A stretch of DNA of 48,519 nucleotides. Source: Nemertoderma westbladi (Eukaryota; Animalia; Xenacoelomorpha). The notes beneath the pieces were generated by a model. It was not told the DNA's origin. It saw only the letters and a program-made list of their open reading frames with translations, and made no database searches. Both the position numbers and the translations under genes were made by a program. The stretch is from contig JAUCBJ010008923.1 in the NCBI GenBank assembly GCA_032718475.1, positions 1 through 48,519 of the forward strand, written 5' to 3'. Below, in pieces: positions 35,163 through 47,430 of this stretch; position 1 is the stretch's first letter; each line of letters begins with the position of its first letter.

Positions 35163-36187
35163 TAATGATAGTAGTATAAGAAACTAGTACACGGCATCAA
35201 GATCACCCGTAGCCCATCATTACCATCCATTTCTGGTACACCATCCAATCAGAAGCCACCATTCCAACCTTTTGCTGTGGTCGTTATTATTTCAACCAAT
35301 CAGATGTCAGCATTTCATTCGAAACCATGGTAACTTCTCAAGTTCCCGCTTATTCCGCTAGAGGCGTTATTAGTCACCCATCGCTAGTACTCCGTCCAAT
35401 CACCAACCTTTATTTTACAGACGCTAGGGGTGTCTACACTTAGCATCAGGTAACGTCTACTATTTTTCAAATCGCAATTTATCACCAACCTTTATTTTAC
35501 AGACGCTAGAGGTGTCTACAGGTAACTTCTACTATTTTTCATTTCGTTATTTTTCAGCAACCAGTATTTTCATATTCACCAACCTTTATTTTACAGACGC
35601 TAGGGGTGTCTACAGGTAACTTCTACTATTTTTCACCAGTAACTAAATTTAATTTTGCAATTTTTTTAGATAACAAAATATTCAACAGGGTTCGAACTCG
35701 GGACTGTTATAACTCCTTACAACTCGCCACTCACTCCCCCATCCAGCCTCGAGAGAAAAAGGCAATAAATATCCGAGTTATGCCGTAGCTATTGAATTCT
35801 TCATCTTCAACTCTGGTGGTAGATGTTTATAAATAGCATCTAGTTCCTTAACATAATTACTATAGCATAGAATACATTAATTCGACTATTAATAATAATC
35901 GATTTCTTTTATCGATGTAACTGGTCGGTCAACTAAGTTGAATATAAGTTAGAATGACAGGGCTAGCATTGATCACGTTGCATCTGTTACTCGTTACTGC
36001 TATTTCACTCTCTAACTCACGCTAATGTAATAAATATAGCTGTACACGTTGCATCTGTTACACGAAGCTACTATATTCCTCACTGTAAGTCACTCTGCTG
36101 TATTAAAGCAACCATATAAACAGAAGTTTTACAATCTAATAATCATTTATTTAGTTTTTATTTTTCAAAATAGTTTTCATTCTAATT

Positions 36188-37231
36188 ATGGATTTATTTA
36201 AAAAAACTTCAAGCAATACTTGGAAATTTACATGTAATAAATATACCTGCAGTATTGTTTATGGCAAGTACTTTATATTACTCTCAAGCGATAGCAATGT
36301 AACAACGTGCTTCTCTTACCAGGATACACTCTACCTTCTAGACGTCTTAGAAATATTAATCAACCGACAAAAGGAATCACCAGTTTCAAGAGGTAATATT
36401 TATCCTAATATAGAATTTACAAGAGGAAAGTTAAATATTTCCACCTGCGTTATTACTGAAAACGTATATATTCAGAAGCAAGGCAAATGTCAAATTCTAA
36501 ACAAATCACTCATTAATTTATTGCTTCAGAGTAAGACAGAAATATTAGAATTGTTATCACCACCACTCGAAATAATAAATCAGTGTTCTGTTGTTAATTT
36601 AACCAACCCATCTTTTGTTGGTTTTGTAAGCAAATATAAAGGAACGACTTATATGGGACTATGGGAGATTTCAGCTAGATATTCTGATGCTATTGGTCTT
36701 AGGTATTATAATGGGTTTAACTTAACAGCATCGGAAGTAAATTCATTGTGGTATGAATGGAATTATGAAATTAGTAACGAAGGTGTCTTTTCAGAGCTAG
36801 ATACGGGCGATAAAGCTTTATCTGACCGACTTAAAGTAAAAATAAATGTACAAGAAAAAAAAGTAATTATTACAGACAAGGAAAGCAAATATTTACAGTT
36901 ACATTACGATAAAGACATACCTCATATAGAGTTTCTCTATGATATGATGTTAAAGGTTTCATCAACTGATATAGCAGACGGTTTCGCGATTCTATATCAA
37001 CCAACTTGGAAGTTTAAGGTTAATAAGTCATTTCCAGAAGTAGTTTCATCCACATTTAATCCAAAGACATACATCGAAGAGACATCGAGTGATAGAAAGC
37101 GCAGATCTACATCTCAAACATCTTCCATTCCCAACAATGATTCTATACCTACAAAGAAAATAAAAGTTACAAAAGCAAATGAAGAGGTAGCAGATTACAA
37201 TAAGGAACATATAAAAACAGTATCAGATTGA
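36188..37231 (+). CDS. Polinton-associated hypothetical protein, possible PC4-like ssDNA-binding segment
   Basis: 347-aa ORF in AT-rich DNA; VSKYKGTTYMGLWE...NGFNLTASEVNSL resembles the PC4 core; basic C-terminal NLS-like stretch. Confidence 0.55.
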   Translation: MDLFKKTSSNTWKFTCNKYTCSIVYGKYFILLSSDSNVTTCFSYQDTLYLLDVLEILINRQKESPVSRGNIYPNIEFTRGKLNISTCVITENVYIQKQGKCQILNKSLINLLLQSKTEILELLSPPLEIINQCSVVNLTNPSFVGFVSKYKGTTYMGLWEISARYSDAIGLRYYNGFNLTASEVNSLWYEWNYEISNEGVFSELDTGDKALSDRLKVKINVQEKKVIITDKESKYLQLHYDKDIPHIEFLYDMMLKVSSTDIADGFAILYQPTWKFKVNKSFPEVVSSTFNPKTYIEETSSDRKRRSTSQTSSIPNNDSIPTKKIKVTKANEEVADYNKEHIKTVSD

Positions 37232-37786
37232 TTTATTATTAACTAGAGACTTTTCTTTTTCAGTTTCACACTGACTTGTAAAGGTAACTTTTTAACACAA
37301 AGCGTGATTATTATAAAGTATTTGCATGTAAAGGTGACTTTATTGAGTAAATATTGGTGATAGTTTATATTTAATGTGAGCATGGGATTAGGTATAAAAC
37401 ATTCACATGTAAATGCATGAGTTTACACCACCATAATAAAACATTAGCCTGTAAAACCTACTTTATCAATGAAAATTAAAAACGTATTATGCACATCTTG
37501 GTTTAGACTTGATTTTATTATAAAGAATTCAGTTGTAAAAGCAACTTTATTTATGATATTAGTTTCCAATGTAACTGTTATTTATGATTGGTTGGTCTAA
37601 GTAGAAACTTGAAATATATATAAAGAGCTCAACTGATTCAATCGAGCTCATTCTGAAAATATTAAATTAATTAAAGTTTAGATATTATATTTTATTTGTG
37701 TTGAGTAGCTTATGAATTTTTTTTGATTATATATATATATAACAATATTCATATTAATTTTAAATTGTTTTTAGGATAATAAAGAG

Positions 37787-40700
37787 ATGGATAAACAATT
37801 GAAATGTCCATTTTGTCCTCTTCAAATTTCTAAACATAACTATTTACGCCACCTAAGGTTGCATTTTGAAGGTTATTCTTGTTTTAAGTGTCACGTTTTC
37901 ACACCTACAGAAGAAATATGTAAACGACATGAATCAACTACGGGATGTAAAGAAATGAAGTTTTACGTGTATGAAAAAACATGCCCTACTTGTAATAAAG
38001 AGTATTTATATGAGAATTACTTACGTCACGACTGTCACCAACGTTATTATCATGTTAGACCACCACAACGGAACCAAAACAATACTGTCGCATCTAGAAA
38101 AAGACTGAAATCTGGTCAAGGTTCATCAATTTTTAACATTGAACGAGCCGCACACGATAACCGATTAGAAATCTATGTTTACAATCTTCCAGATGATGAA
38201 GATTTTCCTGATATTCATTCATCATTAATTAAAATTCAACCTCACATCCAAACTTTATTATTAGGAAAACTTAGCGAAATGAATGTACTTAGACCCTGGC
38301 TAGGTGTGAATATACTCATGTATCGATCACATTTTTCAGAGGGTGATCAAGAAGAAGCTTTCTATTTTAGTTCTTCAGGTGGTGCAGTTAATACTGTAGA
38401 TTCACATGAAAGTTTTGACACATGGTTTGAGTATGTATTAGAAAAATTAATGCAAAAAATAGCCATGTTTAACACTCGTGGCTCAGGGTGGCGTGTTAAA
38501 TCTTTATTAAGGGTTGAAATTAAAGTAGCTGAATCCAAGTGTAGGTCACTGGAATATAAGGGACACGGTTATATGGAGTTACCTAAGGCTCTAGCGTGTA
38601 AACAATGTGTTATAAATATACAAACGGCTGATAATGATTGTTTTAAATGGGCAATTATAGCTACAAAATTTAGTAGCAAAGTGAAGATAAACAAAAACCG
38701 CACTTCACAGTACAAAAATTATATGAGTCATTTCATTTTTGACAACGGCAACAAAGATTATCCAACAGAATGGCCGCTTGCAATTAAACTTTTTGAAAAA
38801 CAGAATTCAGCATATATAATTAATTTATTACTCTACGACAACAATCGAGTATCTATATTAAGACAGGCACCATTTAGTAAAATCACTCCAGATAAAGAGT
38901 TATTGAATATATTACTTGTAAAAAATAAGAATACGAGTAAACAATCACATTATGTTTGCATAACTAACTTGAATCGTTTGTTGAATACAAGAGGTAAGCA
39001 TATTAGAGGTAGGAAATATTGTGAACGGTGTTTGGCACCTTTCTACACCAATGATGTTCTAGAACGTCACCGTCTTGCTTGTTATCGAGGAAAAAGTCAA
39101 GTTGAGAAGCTACCATCTGAAAAAAGAACTCACATTAGCTTTAGAAATTTAGACAGAACATTACCAGCATTGTTTGTAATATATTTTGACATAGAATCTA
39201 TTTTGGAGCCAGCTAGCAACAGTAAATTTATTCAGAATCATATTCCATGCGCTGTAAGTTATTTAATTGTTCCTAGTAGTGAATTAATCCATCCACCAAA
39301 ATTTTATTTGAAGACCTTTACAAAAACAATCGACAACAACTGTATTCAAGACTTTTTAGACTCTGTATATAATGACATCACCCAATTATATAAGTGGGCA
39401 GAAACCCACACCAGACAAAAGATAATACTTAACGATGTAGATAAGTTAAGTTTTTGGAAAGCTAAAACTTGCTTTTATTGCAATGTTTTATTTAAGGATA
39501 AGTCTGAGAAAAACAAACATCACTCACATATTACTGGTAACTATATAGCAGCCGCTTGTAACGCATGTAACCGCTCTTTATCGTTGAAACGACACATGTA
39601 TATACTCGCTGTACACAACTGCAATCACTACGATTTGCATTTTCTTTTACAAGTTGGTTTTACCAACAACCGATATTCCGATTGGGATATAAAGGTGATC
39701 CCTAAAAATTCTGAAAGGTATATTTCACTAAGCATGCATATACCAGTGAAAGATGAAAAAACTAAGATCGAGCTACGTGTCTTAGACACATATCAATTTT
39801 TATCCTTTTCCCTAAGTACTTTAGTTGATTGTTCAACAAAGGATATAGACAGCGAGGATATAACATCAGTTCTACCAATTACTGAACAGCAAATGAAATA
39901 TTTTTATCCAAATTTAAATAATGCAACAATTAAACGAAAAGGTATATTTCCCTACGAGTACCTGACAGATTTAAATAAATTCAATGATTCGAAATTACCA
40001 TCAATAGACAAATTTTATAGTAAATTAACACAAAATACCTGTACTCCCGAGGAATATAGTTTTGCCAACGCATCATGGAGTCAGTTTGACTGCTCGAATC
40101 TCAAAGATTATCTTTTAGCATACTTAAAACTCGATGTTTGTCTCCTCGCTGATATATTTGAGAACTTTAGGAGAGTGTGTAGACAAAACTACGAATTAGA
40201 AGTAGTTTATTATTGCAGTATCGCAGCTTTCACTTATGATTGCGCTCTGAAATACAATAAATGTAAGTTAGCATTAATAAAATATTACTAAACATATAGA
40301 GATTTTGAAGCATCTATTAGAGGAGGGGTTTCATTCTGTCGAAAGCATTACATAGAATCAAATATACCAGATACTGATAATTATGATCTAAGCAAGGAAG
40401 AGTGTCATATTTTCAATATAGATTTTAATTCCTTGTATTCTGGTAATTTAAGTAAAAAGCTACCTGTTTCAGGTTTTGAACAAGTCAACGTTACATATTT
40501 AGAGAATGCTGCTCCAGAAGAACTGATAAAATATTTAACAAATCTTGATACTGAAGGAGATATTGGGTTTTTCTTAATTTGCGATTTGAAATATCCCAAA
40601 GATATTCACGATCGTACATTAGAACTACCCTTAGCTCTAGAACATTTAAGTATAAATGAGACAATGCTTTCACCATATATGAGGGAACAATTTAACAATG

Positions 40701-41806
40701 TTTGTAAACAAAGAGGCACTAATAGCAAGTATAAGATGTGTGCACCGAAACTTATGTTGACACAATTCGATAAAGAATTCTATCATGTAAATTTAAAACT
40801 GTTAAAATTTTATATAAAACAAGGTTTAATTGTTACTAAGCTCCATAAATTATATTCTTTCCATCAAGACTTTGTATTTAAACCCTATATAGATTTTAAT
40901 ATTAATCAAAGGCGATTAGCAAAAAGTTATATTGAAACAGCTGTCGCGAAATTGCTGAACAATTCGTTATTTGGTAAAACAATAGAGAGGATACGAGATC
41001 GATGCAACTTTCGTATCGCAAATAGTAAAGAAAAATGTGACCAATTAGTCAAACGAATAAATCATGAAAATTTCATGATTTATAACGATTCCTTATTGGG
41101 ACATTTATTAGTGAAAGACTCTGTAACTCTCGATAAACCAGTCTATGTAGGTAGTACTGTCTTGGACTTGGCTAAATTGGATATGTATCAGCTGTATTAC
41201 GATAAATTGCTACCTATTGAGAAAGAATTAAACTGTCGAATTGAAATTGTAGCATCAGATACCGACTCTTTAATAGGTTGTTACTATAATACATCGCAGA
41301 GTAATTTCTTAAAAGCCTTAATTAAAAATAATATTTTAGATACATCCAATTACCCCAAGGATCACCCTCTCTACAGCGATAAAAATAAATCCAGACTCTA
41401 TTACTGTAAAGACGAACTAGCCTCACGTGAAATTAAACAAGCAGTATTTTTAAGACCAAAATTATATTCAATTTTGGAATTCAATGAATCCAATATACGA
41501 CGGGCGAAAGGAATAACAAGAGCTGTCGTGGATAAAAATATTTGCCATGAAGATTATTTGAGGGCATATTACAATAACGAAGAAATTTCAAAAGAAACAC
41601 ATCAATTTCAGAGTAAATTACACAAAGTGTATACTATAGCACGAGATAAGTTTGCTCTCAGCGCATTTGATGATAAACTTTATTGGGTTAATAATAATCA
41701 TTCGCTTCCCTGGGGTCACTATCAAACAAAGGTTGAAAAACCCATGAAAAAAAACAATATACCAATTTATCGGGAACCAAACAATGAACTATCAGATAGT
41801 CAATAA
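37787..41806 (+). pseudogene. Protein-primed family B DNA polymerase (one in-frame TAA at 40289)
   Basis: N-terminal C2H2 fingers; GSGW; YFDIES (ExoI); CxxC..HxHxTG..CxxCN endonuclease-VII-like insert; KGIFPYEY; IRGG; DFNSLY; KLLNNSLFGK; SDTDS. Both ORFs are in the same frame. Confidence 0.93.
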
Positions 41807-42329
41807 GAATGTAAGTTGCCAGCAAGTGTCAGCAATTAATTTGAAAGAATTAAAAAATCAATTATCTGGTAAACACATACTCAAACCAAATCAGTTTATA
41901 TCTAAGATATTTGGTGCCACATTATTAATATTTAAAAATGGTCGTATTACATAATTAGGTAGTAAGTATAATTTCCAAAAAGTAAAAAAGCATATATTTG
42001 ATAAAACTAGTATTAATTTGATTTTAAAATCTGTTAATTTATGTACTTATATTTTTAGTATTAAGTCTGTAGTCTATAGGTTATTGATAAACAATACCGG
42101 GTTTTATGTTGTCTTTGATAATGTGCAACTTCAAGTTATATATGAACCTGAAATTTTTAATAATTGCAAAATAAGAATAAATAATACCGTAGTCATTTGC
42201 TGCTTTCATACCGGTAAATGTACTTTAATGTGTTCACCTAGCAAATTTCACATTTATTACCCTATATTTAGTAAACTTGTTAATTATTTATTAATGTTTG
42301 GTGTTGTGACTTTAGGTGTTGGTGATTAG
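41784..42329 (+). pseudogene. TATA-binding-protein-like ORF (one in-frame TAA at 41952)
   Basis: ATG at 41784: MNYQIVNKNVSC...INLKEL...ATLLIFKNGRIT*LGS and YEPEIF...VICCFHTGKCTLM match the two TBP repeats. Confidence 0.7.
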
Positions 42330-42417
42330 AAGGTTAAAATTAAACATTATTATTTTTTCAATCAATCAATCGGTAGTTAGGGAAAACTAACCTCGTTTGA
42401 ATAAGCATGACTCTCAC

Positions 42418-42625
42418 GGGCTGACTGCGTGCCTAGCTGTGTGGCTGGCTGCGTGCCGCGAGGCTGACTGCGTGCTGCGAGGCTGACCGAGCGCGAGGCT
42501 GACTGCATGCCGCGAGGCTGGCTACGAGGCTGACTGCGTGCCGCGAGGCTGACTGCGTGCCGCGAGGCTGACTGGCTAGACGGCTGCGAGGTGGACCGTT
42601 TCCCGACAGCGTGGCTGACTGCGCG
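42418..42625. repeat. ~19-bp GC-rich tandem repeat
   Basis: CGAGGCTGACTGCGTGCCG units, ~9 degenerate copies. Confidence 0.85.
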
Positions 42626-43345
42626 CACATCCGATTGTAACTGGCTCACAATATTGTATACATTGACTTAGTTTGTTACTGCGGGTGCTGTTACATTAAT
42701 ACTGTGGTACCGGTACCGTACTGCAGTACAATGCTAATCAAAAGAAATCAGCATGCTCTATCTGACAACGCTGTTACATCAAGAACAGCGACAGTATTGC
42801 AGTACTGTATTGTTTGGGTAGGTGATCTAATCCCTATATGTGAGAGCCACACGTCCCTTCTAGGTTATGACAGCAGTATGCTAATCAAGGTTCGGGTAGA
42901 CAGCAGTATCCTTATAGGTGAAAAAAAAACAAATGCTATTACATCAGATTACTGCTGTACTGATAAAGTGGATGACAGTTGTGGATAGGAGCTGCGAGGT
43001 TGACCGCATCCCCCGCAGTGTGGCTGACTGCGTACACATCTGATTGTAACTGGCTCACAATATTGTATACATTGGCCTAGTTTGTTACTGCAGGTACTGT
43101 CGTACCGGTACTGCAGTACGGTACAATGCTAATCAAAGGAAATCAGTATGCTGTATCTAACTATGCTGTTACAAGAACAGCGACAGTACAGCAGTACTGT
43201 ATTGTTTGGATAGGTGATCTAATCCCTGTATGTGAGACCCCTGCATGCATCAGATTACTGCTGTACCGATACCAGTAGACAGCGACTACAGTGTTGGAAG
43301 AGTAAAACACTACTGGTACTGATAAAGCGGATGACAGTTGTAGAT
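42585..43345. repeat. ~400-bp diverged tandem duplication
   Basis: 42585-42990 vs 42992-43345 share GATTGTAACTGGCTCACAATATTGTATACATTG and downstream blocks. Confidence 0.85.
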
Positions 43346-43702
43346 AGGCCTATAATTTATCAGTACCGGTACCAACAGGTTATCATTACATTCTATACAG
43401 ATTATGTTGCATTTTCTGACTAATATTACTAGTCAACTACTGTATGTGTTATTAGTTTGCGATGTATAGGATGTTTCGCAATACCAGTACATCTATATTA
43501 GAATGATATCGAGAATACTTACTGTACATGTTACGTCTACATCATATTGTTAAATGTGTATGGTTAACCTAGCGCAATTGACTCTTTTTTAGAGAACTTG
43601 TTGTAAAAAAATTATATTTTATTATATTTTTATATTAACATCAAGATCATCACCAAAATAAAATTATATTATATCCCATCACATTACATGCTTAGAGTAA
43701 AC

Positions 43703-44251
43703 CTACAGTACATCTTCCACCGCAGTTATTTCTTTCTGTTTATCATCATCAGTCGCAGTTAAACGCTTTCTCATGAAAAAGTGTAGCATCGCATACCCCC
43801 CAACGCGTTTTGCAGAGCAGTACCGCAGACAGTTATCCTTTGTGTTTAAGTGGAACGCACATTTATTTTCTACTGTAGTAAATTGATCGTGGAAGCGACA
43901 AGGGGTTAAATATTCGTGATATTGCTTATATATTCCCAATTTCTCCACCGAATTTGGCGCGAGAACATCGAGTTGGGAAACTAATATTGCCTGCTTCATC
44001 AACCCAAATACATGAATATTTTTTTTATATTTTAAATGTCTCTTCATATATTTTTTAAAGTCGTCTTGCGAAATGTCTCCATAGTTCCAGGGCAAATGAG
44101 AAGTCATATCACGTAAATTGTTTACGTGGGCTGCATCTAATGCCGATAATTTAATATTAGGCGGGCCTTTAATTAAAAATGTCTTTATATTAGTTTTGGT
44201 GTAATTAGAATCGAATATAGCAAATTCTTTAAATACTACCGGATACTCCTT
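43703..44251 (-). pseudogene. Polinton-associated protein (DEDD/RNase H-fold-like), 5' end cut off by BEL copy 2
   Basis: Frame is open from the LTR junction: KEYPVVFKEFAIF...FLIKGPP...HLPWNYGD...VFGLMK...C..H...C. Confidence 0.55.
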
Positions 44252-46532
44252 TGATGAATTATTTCACTATAAGGTAGCATTTGTAGTTTAACTTTAACGT
44301 AAAAACTTTTGAAAATCCGACGTATTTTGATTAAGTTACAGTAATGTAATATGCCTATTCATATTTGTACACATAAAACCCTTAGGTACTCTCGTGGCGT
44401 AGTGGTCAGATGGTTAAGGCGTTGGTTACATTACGTAGGTTACGAGTTCGAATCCCAGTTGGGAAATTTGTATTTTGGGGCCATTTATTTTCGTGTGGTG
44501 CTAATTGGTAGGCCAATGAGAAGCGTACAGCGTAGCGAATGATGAGCCAGGCCAATCATAGGGCATAAATTATCTTATTGCTCAAATGTGAGGCAGTGGA
44601 AAATTCTGTTAGGATTCCATGTCCCAGATTAGTGTAAGGGCCGGACTGCGTTGAACGATGAGCTGGGCCAATCATAGAGCACGAAGCACTTCATTGCTCA
44701 ATGGTGAAGCTGTGGAAAATTCTGTTTAGTTTCCATGTGCAATTTCTAGTAAAAAAAGGCCGGTTTGCCTTCGGTTATCACCTCAGTACCAAACCTTATA
44801 CTTCGTTACCCCTTTTCTCCACCTTATAGTTTATTCTTGTAAAATTAGTTAATTCGGTTTCTTGTTGAAACTTTATTTGATAAATCCTTTTGTAAAACTG
44901 TAAATATACTGCAATTTCCTGACATGTTTTCTTTTGGTCCGACTTCGGGACAGCCGAACACCAGGGAGATGGCAGCCTAGATCGTTAGGCCGTAAGCAAC
45001 GCAGGGAAGGGATGTCCACAACACGCTAGCGCCCACATCGGATTGACCGCGCACCCCCTTTGCCCTTCGAAATACTCCACTTGCTATGCAGCGCCCGCTT
45101 TGTGAGAAGGTAAGACTTTGTTCGACGCCCTTGCCCGCCGTAAGACCTATAGATCAGGGTAAGCGTGACATCGTACTGGACGCCGCAAATTTAGGATCAA
45201 ATAATTATATCCAGACAAACCCCCCCCTTTGTCAAGTCCTACGAACCCCTGGGTTAACCTGTACTTCCTACAGGTGCGAACTATTGCCATTCGTCAGTAC
45301 GCGAGTACACATTAGGTACGGACAGCATACGTTCCATAATTTAGTGATTCATAGCACTGACTGTTTGGTACCGGCTCGCTTTGTAGAACGTACATTAGTA
45401 CCCCCCCCCCCCCCCCTGTCTGGAGTTAGCTATTTGATCAGGCAAGGAGCATTTCTGCTACCGGCACACTGCTTGGCCTAGGGAGGTTTATTAATATCCT
45501 ACCGCGCCTTGCCACGTACTGATAGGTATTGCTGCTAACTACCGCAGCAACAAAGTTCTAGAATTAAATTAGTATACCAGATCAGCTAACGTACGGTAGC
45601 GATTAACCCCTATTCTTATCTTACAACCAGAATCTGGTATTAGTGCCGATCACGGGTGTAGTTACTAACACTGTGGTTGCCCATTGGGTTGTGGATAGGA
45701 AGGAGAGAGCTTTGACGTCATTCGTGAGTATAAAGTTCTACAAACGCGACTAGTTTATTTTAGTAGCTAGCGCACGGTATCATTTAGTCAGAAAATCACT
45801 AAAACCTAGTAAAAGGAATTACACGAAATTGTTTTATTTGTAACACACCCACACACACACGCCCTAAAACATATTGCCCTTAAAGTTCTACTAGCTATAG
45901 CGTACTATACATTACTTTAGGTGGAAATTATCTGTATTTGTAAAATTAGGATCTGATTTAGTTGCGGCGATAAGGAGTATTTCACTTTCGTTATTAAACT
46001 GTTGTTTGTCTGGACAACGGTATTGTTACATTTAGGCCTGACCCTTTAGACTGATTTCGTACAGGGGGATCAGTTATTGTTACATTTAGGTACGACCCCT
46101 TTTCGACTGATTTAGGACTGTCAGTGTTGTTACGCTAGGTCTGTTAACCCACTAGCTCGTATATAAACCATATAAATCACACCGCGGCAAGTTACTGTAT
46201 TTAGGACTGTCAGTGATAGTTAGGATTCGCTGCGCGGGGATTGTTTTCCCGTGAGTTTGGTCTGTTACTGTAACTGTACATCTGCCTCACCGGTTAGAGG
46301 ACAGGTATCCTTCTGTCTAGTACGTAGGCATTCGACCCGCTCACGTACATAGAATAGATACAAGGCTCTGTTCCTCGCCAGTAGTCGTTTGTGTACTATA
46401 TCTGTTTGTTTAGATATCCTGGACTGGGATTTGTTGTCAGATACTGTACAAGCCCGTATACATTACTAGAGTCTCATAGTAAGATACATCGTTACTAGGA
46501 CCTGGTAAGCGGTATACTACTGGACCCTTACA
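44252..46532 (+). repeat. 5' LTR of copy 2 (3' end inferred at ...CCTTACA)
   Basis: Homology to the copy 1 LTR stops here at a CA; the partner LTR is outside the window, so the end is not confirmed. Confidence 0.7.
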
Positions 46533-47430
46533 GTAGGAAGTATTATTTCCTTTAGTTTAGAATTGTTAGCTATTGAAAGTAGGAGATATTTAAAAACTAA
46601 GGTTAGTAAATTTAGTAATTTAGAACGTCCCCTGCTTCAGTAGGCTTTTAGGGTAGCTAGTACTTTCGTATTTAATCTTTGACTAGCTAACAGTTAGTTT
46701 GTAGCACTTTGTTTTACGCCGTGTGTGTGCGATGTTACTTTTCGGTACTTGAAAAGGTACATAGGGTTTAAAGACCAATTTGTATCGGTACCTAGGAAGA
46801 TTTTTCGTAAGCGTAGAAGTAAAACTCTCACCTTTGACCTTTTCAGGACTCAAGGACTCATTTCTGGACCGCTTCGAGGATTAGACCGCTTTTCGCAAAG
46901 TTTGGGAGACAATAAATTCGTCCGCGCCGCCGAAAAACGGAAAGACCCACGTCCGGTTTGTATTTGGGAATTTGTACGACTGGAAGATCAAAGGAACGTA
47001 AGTTTTACGACTCGCGTCGTTCAAACTTAAGAAAGCACAGTAGTACTCAAAATTTGTGGGTTTCACTGTCTATTAGTAGTGTTGTTGGTACATATTTTCC
47101 CTTTAGACGTTGCTGTTTGGCCTATTGTTTATACTTGTTGATCTACATTTTGTTAACGTATACCGTTATCTCACTTATTCGTACAAATTTAGCCGGTAGG
47201 CTAGATTACTACTTATTTTATTATATACCTTGTTAGTTTATTTGTACCGGTTAGGGTATATATATGATATATATATATATCAAGGTAAGTTTGACATTTG
47301 TACATTTCGACATTTTGACATTTCGACATTCTGACTTGTTGATTTATTTGTACCGGTTAGGTAAGTTTGACACTTCAACATTCAGACACTTTGACATTTT
47401 ATTACCCGTACTTGACGTATATAATAAGAC

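Larger units (their letters stand above)
35170..44251. mobile_element. Polinton/Maverick-like (adintovirus-like) element, left portion, interrupted by BEL copy 2
   Basis: Protein-primed PolB; candidate terminus AGTAGT at 35170 followed by repeated ACAGACGCTAGGGGTGTCTAC words (35418, 35499, 35592). Integrase, ATPase and capsid genes are not in the window. Confidence 0.75.
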
